This document shows positions 1-8,047 of a stretch of DNA of 37,764 bases, piece after piece. The notes below the pieces were generated by a model. That model made no database searches, was not told the origin of the DNA, and was given only the letters and a program-made list of their open reading frames with translations. The stretch is taken from assembly GCA_964011335.1 (NCBI GenBank), contig CAXGOF010000001.1, positions 1-37,764 of the forward strand, written 5' to 3'. The position numbers were made by a program, and so were the translations under genes. Source of the DNA: an uncultured bacterium. GTDB taxonomy: Bacteria; Planctomycetota; UBA1135. How positions within the stretch are numbered: position 1 is the stretch's first letter; each line of letters opens with the position of its first letter.

Positions 1-77
1 TGTTTCTCTAGCCACGGATAAAAACCTTTGCGTTCGGCGGCACGAATGCCGTTCATATTTAAACTGATAATGCGCAT
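1..77 (-). CDS. xthA: exodeoxyribonuclease III / AP endonuclease (ExoIII-EEP family), N-terminal 25 codons only; gene runs off the window start
   Basis: Minus-strand ATG at 77..75 followed by MRIISLNMNGIRAAERKGFYPWLEK, which matches the ExoIII N-terminus (M-x-I-I-S-W-N-V-N-G-I-R-A). It starts 1 nt after the stop of the upstream glycosylase gene. Too short to appear in the ORF track. Confidence 0.55.
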   Translation of the reverse strand, partial: MRIISLNMNGIRAAERKGFYPWLEK

Positions 78-78
78 G

Positions 79-789
79 TTAATTTGGTAAATCGAGGGCG
101 GTTAATTGTTTTTCTATGTGTGGTTGCCATCCGCGGTTGGCCATGGGGCTAGCAGGGGAGGGATGCAGGATAGTACTGATTTTGACGTCGTAGTCCGTCA
201 AAGTTTTTGCCGCGCGCGATTCTGCGAACTTGCCAATGCCGATAACCCATTCAGGTTTTAAATAGTCGACTGTTTTACGCAAGGCATCGTCGCAAATCGC
301 AAACAGCTCATTGCGTTTTGCGGCTTTGAATTTGTCAGGAGTAAAATTACGGCCGCCTTCTTCCATGAAGACGAGTGGGCAGTAATTGCATACATAATAG
401 TAATCAGCAAAGGCGTCGGCGGATTCGAAACGATCGGCAACCCATCCCCATAAGCGGCGTCCGCTAACTTCACTACGTTGACAGTCGAAGCCTTCAATCG
501 GGCGTTTAGGATGAATAAAGTCAGGCTGTTTGACGCGGCCGGTGACGTTAAGGAAATCGCGGGCGGCAGCAATTTCGCCAAAAGGCACTCCGGTTTGCGC
601 CATGCCCCAGGGCCCGGGATTCATCCCCAACAAAATCGCCGATGGATTCTTGCGCCCGTATTTGCCTAAGAATTTTTCATGTGGCGCGCGGGCGTATTGC
701 AGTGGATTGTATACATGCGTGACGGGCTCGGGAAAATCGAGTTGGTCGCAAGCTGCAGCTAAATCGCGAGAGATGGTGACTAGTTTCAT
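79..789 (-). CDS. single-strand-selective monofunctional uracil-DNA glycosylase (SMUG1, UDG family 3)
   Basis: Contains GMNPGPWGMAQTGVPFG and HPSPASPMANRGW, matching SMUG1 motifs GMNPGP(F/W)GMxQTGVPF and HPSPxNPxANxGW. I trimmed the track ORF (79..876) to the ATG at 789..787 (MKLVTISRDL...), because the upstream 29 codons look like read-through of the divergent promoter region. Confidence 0.85.
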   Translation of the reverse strand: MKLVTISRDLAAACDQLDFPEPVTHVYNPLQYARAPHEKFLGKYGRKNPSAILLGMNPGPWGMAQTGVPFGEIAAARDFLNVTGRVKQPDFIHPKRPIEGFDCQRSEVSGRRLWGWVADRFESADAFADYYYVCNYCPLVFMEEGGRNFTPDKFKAAKRNELFAICDDALRKTVDYLKPEWVIGIGKFAESRAAKTLTDYDVKISTILHPSPASPMANRGWQPHIEKQLTALDLPN

Positions 790-817
790 CGTTCTAAGTG
801 CGGGGGAACAGTATTCT

Positions 818-1483
818 ATGCTCATGCAACGCGTACTTGAACCCGAAGTTATGGATACTGCAGAAGACGCAGCCACTTATGACGCCATGGACCACAGCGC
901 GGTGAATGATTTGTTCATTGCACGCTTAAAAGCACTGGGCGTGGCTGGCTTGTGCCTTGATATAGGTTGTGGACCAGGTCATATTCCGCTGCAATTAGTG
1001 ACCGAATGTCCACAGGTTGATGTAGTGGCACTCGATCTTTCGAAGAACATGCTCTTGGTTGCTCTTGAACATCAAAAAGAGTGCGCCAATGGTGAGCAGG
1101 TCGAGTTCGTGCATGCTGACGCCAAAGGTCTCGGCTCCGATGACCACAGTTTTGACAGTGTGTTCTCTAATTCTATTTTGCATCATATCCCAGAGCCAAT
1201 CGATTTTTTGCGCGAAGCATGGCGCGTGTTAAAGCCAGGGGGAATGCTATTGATTCGAGATTTGTTTCGCCCCGATAGCGAAGAACGGGCCCGCGAATTG
1301 GTCGCTATGTATGCTAGCGAAGAATCGCAACACGCTCAAGATTTGTTTTACGACTCGTTGTGTGCCGCTCTCCGTCCGTGCGAGCTTGATGCGCTTGCAA
1401 AAGAAATCGGAATCCGTAATTACAAAATTATTACAGATTCCGATCGGCACATGTCATTGCAGATTAAAGCAAAGACCTATTAG
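818..1483 (+). CDS. class I SAM-dependent methyltransferase
   Basis: Motif I LDIGCGPGHIP, then acidic VALDLS, post-I HADA and ILHHI; N-terminus RVLEPEVMDTAEDAATYDAMDH is typical of this group. Start set at the ATG at 818 (MLMQRVLEPE...). The track ORF from 530 overlaps the SMUG1 gene antisense. Confidence 0.85.
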   Translation: MLMQRVLEPEVMDTAEDAATYDAMDHSAVNDLFIARLKALGVAGLCLDIGCGPGHIPLQLVTECPQVDVVALDLSKNMLLVALEHQKECANGEQVEFVHADAKGLGSDDHSFDSVFSNSILHHIPEPIDFLREAWRVLKPGGMLLIRDLFRPDSEERARELVAMYASEESQHAQDLFYDSLCAALRPCELDALAKEIGIRNYKIITDSDRHMSLQIKAKTY

Positions 1484-4404
1484 TAGATTACTTCGGATAC
1501 TAAGTTAGACTTGACCGAGTCAGTGCCGCCCACGCCACGCTTGGCAACTACCTGCACATAAGCTGTTGCGCCAACAGGCGCATTGGATGGGATGCTAACA
1601 TTAATGCCGGCTGTGCCAAAAGCGTTTACGCTAGCTGTGCCAACATGATAAATCGGTTGCGCCAGGTCAAGAGCTAGGCCGCCGAGTTGTGGCGGGGGAT
1701 AAGCACCAGAATTGAGCGACACTAAGAAGTAAATGTTTTCTCCAACAGTGCCATTGGTGGCTGTGAAGCCAGATAGTCCGCCAGCTACTATTGGAGCAAC
1801 ACTTAAATTTAAGTCGTGCGGTAATTCAAATTCACCAATCCAAGTGAGCCATCCTGATGTCCTGAATTCGTTATGGCTCCAATATTTGCCTGGGGCAACG
1901 GGATCTTCTTCGAGTCCGGAATAATCTCCCCAGCGATTGCCCGTTTCTGGCGAAGTACTAGATTGCAAAAGTTCTGGCGAGCGGAAAGTTCCAGTTGGGT
2001 CAGAAGCAGTGCGGAGGGCTGATTCAATGCTAATGTATTGTGACGATGATGAGCGTGAGAATGAAATCGCCGCGGTACCACTTGCGCTAACGTTGATGTC
2101 GCCAAACCAAGTGTGTTGCCCACTGCCATAATCTAGGGTCCCAGATTGTGCCAATGCCGGAGATGACCCTGATGTCGGCCAACCGTTTAAGTCGATTTCA
2201 TACCATCTTACTTGGCAAGCATTATTGTTGCCAGTGTTGTGACACAACCACAATTTGCCGTTGCGCACCACACCGTTCTTGATGCGGTAGTCGATGGTTG
2301 CAGCTTGATTAGAAGTGCCCATTTGGCTGGCATTTGGCGGAAAGCTATATGGCGGCACCGATAGGTATTGGCTGTGCAAAACCGGGCTACCATTTGGGTC
2401 GGTAATTGCTCGCAACATGATTTGAGTTGAGCTGCCAGCATAGGTTGTGCCAAAGTAAGCCGCGCTACTTGTCGCGTCGTAATTTTTTGTTGCGCCAAGC
2501 GATTGCGTGCTAGTGGAACACTGTTTTTGCTTCATTGTGACCGAAGCGCCGTTGATGAGTTTACTCATATCCCACATGAAAATTCTGTTGCCGCCACCGC
2601 TAAAGCAATCACCTGCTAAGAATAAAGCATCTTTGTTAATGCCCATATTCGGAAAATCAAGGAACACGCAAGTCGAAGTTACCGGGAAGCGGTATTTGTG
2701 CCATGTGCCATTTGGATCGTTGTCGTCCGATACCGCAATACAAATCGCATCGTTATTTCCGGCGCCATCAGCTGCAGCGACGACATAACGTTCAGTATGC
2801 GGATCGTATAAAGCGACCGGGTCAAAAACGAAACCGCCCGCACCTACGGAGCTCCAGAAACTTACAAGGCTATCGGAATAACTTTGATTGCCGCCCTTGT
2901 CAAAAATACGGATGCCGCCATTTACTACAGCAACGATGTGGTTGGGGCCAACGGCTAAATCAGGGTCAGGTGGTGTCCAGCCTGTTGAGCTAAATGCTTG
3001 GAAACCGCTGATACCGCCTAGAGCCATTGGTGGGGTCGTCGGCGCTGGCGCGACAAAGAATGGGTCGTAAACAGGTTTTGCCTCATTGCCATAAACATCG
3101 CTGAGCTCTAGGCCGGAGCCGGCGGCGCGAGCAACGACGGCTTCAGGCTTTTCTGGCTGTAGTGATTCTGGTACTAGAAAGCTGAGCCCCACTGCGCGAT
3201 GGTCGGTGCCGGTGTTACCGTGCCACGCCGCGATGATTTGATCTTGCGATGACCAAAGTAGATGCTTGCCGTTGTGTCCGACTTGCAAATTTTGCTCGCC
3301 CTCATCAAAAATGTTTAGGCGCAGTACTTCGCCATTCAGCTCGCCTTCGGCGGAATACTTTTGCGCAAAAACAGAAGTCATTTCATCCGGACGGTGTCCT
3401 GGGCCGCGCCAGAGTTTGTTTTGATGAGCGGTGTAGGCAACAATAAATTCGCCGTTGTCAGCAACCGCAACTTGTCCGCCTGAGCGCATGTCACTGTTCG
3501 CTTGTGGTACGATGAACTCATCAGCGACAGGGCTGAGGTCGCTATTAAAGCGACGTGCGGTGACATCGAACTGGCTGCCGTCGAGAGTGCTCATCCAGCT
3601 AACCACGAAAGACCCGTCATTCGCAGAGTCGATAGACGGCTCAAAAGCTAAAGATGCGGCGCCATCGTGCGCTAAAAACAATTCTTGAGACTTGTTCATT
3701 TGCTCATCGAAGCCTATAAGGCTGCCTTGGATGCCCTCTGGCGATCCGCTCAAATCCGTGCAGGCCCATGCGGCAAGAATGCCCTGTGGGTGAGGAGCTA
3801 GAGAAATGAGATTAAAGCCGCGTTCATCACTTGCATGGAGAATAAAATCTTCAGTCAAGGCTCGCCCTTGCTGATTGAAAACGCGCCCAAAAAGAGCGTT
3901 AACGTTATTTTTTTCGCTTACCCAGGCAGCCATGATGTTGCCGTTAGGTAGTGCGCAACAGACACCATCGCGCTGATTGCCAACGATGTCGCTATTCACG
4001 CGAAACTCGTCAGACTGTGCGGTGCATGTGCGATTTCGCACATCGAAACGGCGTCCGTAAACTTCAGTGCCAGCACCATCTTGCCCGATTGAGCGCCAAA
4101 AAACCCAAGCCACGTCGTTGTCATCAATAAAAACAGATGGCTTGGTCTGCTCGCGCGGAAGGTACTGATTGACGTGAATTTCAGTGCCGATTGGGCGGCC
4201 TAGCGGGTCGAGGTATTGTGCAAATACACCAAAAGATCCTTGTTCTTGGCGCCTTGAGCCCCATACAGCCAATATATTGCCTTGTGAATTGGTGGCGATG
4301 CTCGCCTCTGTTTGGCGGTTGTTGGTGAAAGTATTGGCCTGAACGTCAAATTGAGCGCTACCAGGAAGCTGTGTCGCAGCAAGGAAAATGAGTGTTAGTA
4401 TCAT
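1480..4404 (-). CDS. large secreted repeat protein: signal peptide, 7 x ~55-aa propeller-like repeats, sialidase/BNR-like beta-rich middle domain, ~110-aa C-terminal module
   Basis: Long uninterrupted ORF. The track start at 4425 is a TTG, so I prefer the in-frame ATG at 4404 (MILTLIFLAATQLPGSAQ, a signal peptide). Repeats carry hydrophobic-x-[AV]-W-x-S ... G-[VI]-[FY]-[AG]-x-[RKY]-[FLY]. No confident family name. Confidence 0.8.
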   Translation of the reverse strand: MILTLIFLAATQLPGSAQFDVQANTFTNNRQTEASIATNSQGNILAVWGSRRQEQGSFGVFAQYLDPLGRPIGTEIHVNQYLPREQTKPSVFIDDNDVAWVFWRSIGQDGAGTEVYGRRFDVRNRTCTAQSDEFRVNSDIVGNQRDGVCCALPNGNIMAAWVSEKNNVNALFGRVFNQQGRALTEDFILHASDERGFNLISLAPHPQGILAAWACTDLSGSPEGIQGSLIGFDEQMNKSQELFLAHDGAASLAFEPSIDSANDGSFVVSWMSTLDGSQFDVTARRFNSDLSPVADEFIVPQANSDMRSGGQVAVADNGEFIVAYTAHQNKLWRGPGHRPDEMTSVFAQKYSAEGELNGEVLRLNIFDEGEQNLQVGHNGKHLLWSSQDQIIAAWHGNTGTDHRAVGLSFLVPESLQPEKPEAVVARAAGSGLELSDVYGNEAKPVYDPFFVAPAPTTPPMALGGISGFQAFSSTGWTPPDPDLAVGPNHIVAVVNGGIRIFDKGGNQSYSDSLVSFWSSVGAGGFVFDPVALYDPHTERYVVAAADGAGNNDAICIAVSDDNDPNGTWHKYRFPVTSTCVFLDFPNMGINKDALFLAGDCFSGGGNRIFMWDMSKLINGASVTMKQKQCSTSTQSLGATKNYDATSSAAYFGTTYAGSSTQIMLRAITDPNGSPVLHSQYLSVPPYSFPPNASQMGTSNQAATIDYRIKNGVVRNGKLWLCHNTGNNNACQVRWYEIDLNGWPTSGSSPALAQSGTLDYGSGQHTWFGDINVSASGTAAISFSRSSSSQYISIESALRTASDPTGTFRSPELLQSSTSPETGNRWGDYSGLEEDPVAPGKYWSHNEFRTSGWLTWIGEFELPHDLNLSVAPIVAGGLSGFTATNGTVGENIYFLVSLNSGAYPPPQLGGLALDLAQPIYHVGTASVNAFGTAGINVSIPSNAPVGATAYVQVVAKRGVGGTDSVKSNLVSEVIY

Positions 4405-4448
4405 GCTATTGACTATAACATGCAACTTATGCTGTTGTTGTCCGATGT

Positions 4449-4464
4449 TGGCACGTTTTTTGCC
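4449..4464 (+). promoter_or_regulatory. candidate sigma-54 (RpoN) -24/-12 promoter for the 4527..8030 gene
   Basis: TGGCACGTTTTTTGCC matches the consensus TGGCACG-N4-TTGCW at every position but the last. The GG (4450-4451) and GC (4462-4463) have the canonical 12-nt offset. It lies 63-78 nt upstream of the ATG at 4527 and is embedded in the inverted repeat TTGGCA-N7-TGCCAA (4448..4466). Confidence 0.5.
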
Positions 4465-4526
4465 AATTTATACATGCTACATGGCCTAAATCTAATACAA
4501 TTAAGGCCCTTAGACTTACCGATAAG

Positions 4527-7500
4527 ATGATAGTCCAGATAAAAAAAATAACCCTTGCATTGCTAATCAGCTGCGTAGCTGCTTTAGTCGGATGTGTTCC
4601 TGCTTCGTCTACCGCCTCTGCGACTGGCGCATTCAGTGTAGTTAGCGTAAATATTCTTGAAGGGCAAACATGGGCACTTAATCGCCCTATACAAATTAAA
4701 TTCAATCACGCGGTTGATTTTAGTTCCGTCAGCTTGCAGGCCGTTTCGTTTCGTTCGACGGATCTTCTTGGTTCTCCTGTAACCGGCCAATTCGAGATTG
4801 ACCCAGCCGACGATACCACTCTTATCTTTAATCCGGCTTGTCCTACCAACGAAGCTCAAGATAACGGCGCTTTTGTCCCTGGTGGCATCAGCTATGTTCT
4901 TGAAATCCCTATTGCATCGGAATCCGTTTCCGTCCTGCGGGACACCGATGGTCGATTGCTTAGCTCAGGCTTGCAGCGTAGTTTCATTACGCGCCCGTCT
5001 TCCCAGCCTTTTGACGATTTTGTTCCCGGTGCTCCAGTAGTGGTTGACCCAGCGAACGATGTTTCTTTCCCAACCGGCGTGAACTTTTGGGCGAACAGCG
5101 AAGGTGACATTTCGATTCGCTTTAATCAATCGATTGATGCGCGTCCAACGAACTTAAATTCTGACCGCCTTTTAGTCTTATATTCAAACAGCGAGATAGG
5201 GGTAGCTGGAGAAAACGATTACGATTTAACAAATAAAGTACCAGGCGAATGGGTGCTTATTGAGAATTGTTCTAATGGTGGTTCTTTAGTTGAATTCCAC
5301 ATCACCGGGGTGATGCCAATTAATCGCAACCTCGCGATTAGCATGACACCATCGTTTACTGACATCGTTGGTCAAAGCAATAGCGCAACAACAACCTTGG
5401 CGACCCACCAGGTTCCAAGATTGAGCGATGTTTACGGCACAAATATCGGTACATGGCTGGACGCCAACGAAACTGTTGATGAATTCACCGATAGTTTTGA
5501 TGATCAAAACTATCTTGACCTCGATCAACAATTACCTTTACCACTTGCGACAGTTAACGACGGATTCATAGCAGCGAGTTTCGATTATCCTGGCACATAC
5601 GTCTCGGAAGACAAAAATTTTCACATTGACGATACGGCCCCACGTGATATTTATACGGACTCAACGACGGCATTTTCCGACTCCGATGGTACCGTACATA
5701 TCCCGCAGTCTGGTGTTCTAAATGTTCATGACTTTACAATCGATTCCGGGGCCACTCTTCGTGGTCGCGGTGTAAATCCTTTAGTCATTTACGCTACAGG
5801 TACTGTAACGATTAACGGTGAAATAAATGTTTCTGGCAATAACGCTGTATGGCCGTCCGGATTGAACTCACCGCAGTTCATCGAAGGTGGCGCTCTAGGC
5901 GAATGCGGCGGCGGTCAAGGTGGCGATGCTTCGCAAATTGGTCTTGCTGAAACTCCGCGTGCTGAATCTGGTGATGGCCCATTCGGTATCGAAGGCATTG
6001 GTGGCCAAGGTGGCGAAGGTATTTTTAACGGTAGAACTGCTAGCACAGGTCTTGCTGGGCAAACGGCTCGCTCTGCTGCAGGTGGAGGCGGTGGTGGCTT
6101 TGCGCTTACTGAAAACCAGTCCGTACTGTGGCCTAACTGGAAAACCGCAGGTAACTGGGCGCCTTCGTACTTCATTTATACTGGGCCCGACCATAAAATC
6201 TCGCGTCACACCGCGGCTGTGGGCGTTAATGGTATTTTTGGATCAGAAGCAGGTGTCCGGGGCGTTTCAGCAGGTTCATTGTTGCCGGGTGGATGGGGTG
6301 TCGGTATTCCATTTGGGATGGAAGACGCGATGCAAGACAGCTTTGTTACCGAAGCTATTAATGGCACTAATGCGCCTGACTACGACCCTGCCTGGACGAC
6401 GGGGCCGGTTCCACCATTTAACTTCGGCCACCCGACCCAGGGCGCCGACCCAGGGGCTGGGGGACAAGCCATTTTTGCCAATGATAACGATCTAGCGAAC
6501 GATTTCTACGGCACACGCCTGACGATAGACGGTTCCGTTCGGCAAGGAGAGTTGCTGGCGCCATGGGCTGGCTCCGGAGGCGGAGGGGGTGGCGACTCGA
6601 TGATGATTAACGTTTGGGATGCCGACGGTGACGGTGATCCCTCGAATGATGCTGTTGAAAGCTTTTATCCGGTGGTCCCCTTTGCGCGTAACCAAGGAGG
6701 CACTGGCAATGGGTGGTACGCTTACCAAAAAGGTGCCGGCGGCGGTGGCGGTGGTGGCCAACTGATAATCATGTCAATTGGCATGATCGTTATCGGCAAC
6801 AACGCTGAGATTAAAGCGAACGGTGGTATTGGTTATTCGGGTGAGTCACTAATTTATACAGACCAAGGCGTTTCTGGTTCAGGCGGTGGCTCAGGTGGTC
6901 ACATTATTCTTCATTCTTCTGCCGGAGTAGACTTTTCAGCGGTGTCCATTGGCACAGCTGCAAGCTCTGCAGAGATAGGTAACTTGACCGACAATGGTGT
7001 GGTCCAAGCTTTTGGCGGACGTCGCGGCCAATGTGGCGGCGAATGGACTAACCCATCCAATGGTGGTGGTACGGGCACTTACGCGTTCGGTCGTGGTGGT
7101 GCCGGAGCAAATGGGGTCATTCAAATTCACGTGCCGGATCCCGCAGAAGACATCGTCTGGCATCCATCAGCTGCAACTGGCATTGCTGAATACCTAGGTG
7201 AAGTTCCGATCCCTACCGATCGTGTCGAAGAGATTTTGTCGCACGTTTCGTTTCCGCAGTCTTACGCATTGATCCCGTTTTATTCGGCTTCATCGATGGT
7301 GGCTTCAGAATGGATTGACACCGGTTTGGCAGAACTACGTTTGCAAGACCCAAGCACTTACCCGGATTGGGCGAACGGCAATGCCGAATTGATGGGCTTT
7401 GCGGGTATCAGCGCCACCGATGGCAAAGTTAACCGTCAGGGAAGTCAGTCAAAGGTCGGCCAACTAAGCCCAATCGTTGGTGGCCCAGTAGATGTCGCAA

Positions 7501-8030
7501 ATGTTGGTCTTTATGAGATGACTATCTCTGATGCATCAAGTGTATTTTCAACCCAAACGCAATTTTTGCGCCTGCCAGAATTGTTGTTGGGTTACGATAT
7601 TAGGCCTAACGCCTCTGGTTCCAGCGCATTCGAAATCATCGATGTGGTTTACAATAATTCCACAGACGAAATGACGTTTAGTACGCCAAACTCAGATGGC
7701 GGCATGTCTTTTGTTGTCAATCCAGGCGGCAACTGGTCAATCGTGCCTAAGTTCTTTCGCGTTGATGCTAATGGTGTTAAGAATAGATTACCAAGCAGTT
7801 CTGACATATACTTCGAGTTCCAGGGCGCTGACGAAAGTGCGCCTGGCCTGAACATTCCTGGAACACCGCTACTTGGCGATAATGTCTGGACGTCAGATTT
7901 AAGCCTCTTGGCTGGTGCTCGGTTCTTGCGTTACCGCATTCGTTTCGATGCTGATGCGCAAAACGCAGGTATTGACCTGAGCACACCACTGACGGTTATC
8001 AGCTACATTAAGATTCCTTACGTCTTTTAA
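4527..8030 (+). CDS. giant surface lipoprotein: lipobox, SbsA/Big_5-like Ig domains, central parallel beta-helix-like region with poly-Gly turns
   Basis: ATG start. N-terminus MIVQIKKITLALLISCVAALVGC has the lipobox L-V-G-C (Cys23). N-terminal segments resemble bacterial Ig-like (SbsA_Ig) domains. The centre has runs such as GGGGGGFAL, GSGGGGGGDSMMI, GAGGGGGGGQLIIMSIGMIVIGNNAEIKANGGIG and GSGGGSGGHIILHS. Confidence 0.8.
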   Translation: MIVQIKKITLALLISCVAALVGCVPASSTASATGAFSVVSVNILEGQTWALNRPIQIKFNHAVDFSSVSLQAVSFRSTDLLGSPVTGQFEIDPADDTTLIFNPACPTNEAQDNGAFVPGGISYVLEIPIASESVSVLRDTDGRLLSSGLQRSFITRPSSQPFDDFVPGAPVVVDPANDVSFPTGVNFWANSEGDISIRFNQSIDARPTNLNSDRLLVLYSNSEIGVAGENDYDLTNKVPGEWVLIENCSNGGSLVEFHITGVMPINRNLAISMTPSFTDIVGQSNSATTTLATHQVPRLSDVYGTNIGTWLDANETVDEFTDSFDDQNYLDLDQQLPLPLATVNDGFIAASFDYPGTYVSEDKNFHIDDTAPRDIYTDSTTAFSDSDGTVHIPQSGVLNVHDFTIDSGATLRGRGVNPLVIYATGTVTINGEINVSGNNAVWPSGLNSPQFIEGGALGECGGGQGGDASQIGLAETPRAESGDGPFGIEGIGGQGGEGIFNGRTASTGLAGQTARSAAGGGGGGFALTENQSVLWPNWKTAGNWAPSYFIYTGPDHKISRHTAAVGVNGIFGSEAGVRGVSAGSLLPGGWGVGIPFGMEDAMQDSFVTEAINGTNAPDYDPAWTTGPVPPFNFGHPTQGADPGAGGQAIFANDNDLANDFYGTRLTIDGSVRQGELLAPWAGSGGGGGGDSMMINVWDADGDGDPSNDAVESFYPVVPFARNQGGTGNGWYAYQKGAGGGGGGGQLIIMSIGMIVIGNNAEIKANGGIGYSGESLIYTDQGVSGSGGGSGGHIILHSSAGVDFSAVSIGTAASSAEIGNLTDNGVVQAFGGRRGQCGGEWTNPSNGGGTGTYAFGRGGAGANGVIQIHVPDPAEDIVWHPSAATGIAEYLGEVPIPTDRVEEILSHVSFPQSYALIPFYSASSMVASEWIDTGLAELRLQDPSTYPDWANGNAELMGFAGISATDGKVNRQGSQSKVGQLSPIVGGPVDVANVGLYEMTISDASSVFSTQTQFLRLPELLLGYDIRPNASGSSAFEIIDVVYNNSTDEMTFSTPNSDGGMSFVVNPGGNWSIVPKFFRVDANGVKNRLPSSSDIYFEFQGADESAPGLNIPGTPLLGDNVWTSDLSLLAGARFLRYRIRFDADAQNAGIDLSTPLTVISYIKIPYVF

Positions 8031-8047
8031 TTTCGTAAACGAAAATT

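Noticed and set aside
5895-6495. Several 86-191-aa ORFs in other frames within the big lipoprotein gene
   Set aside because: They are artefacts of the GGN-rich poly-Gly coding DNA, which stays open in several frames. Their translations are low-complexity (P/A/L-rich).
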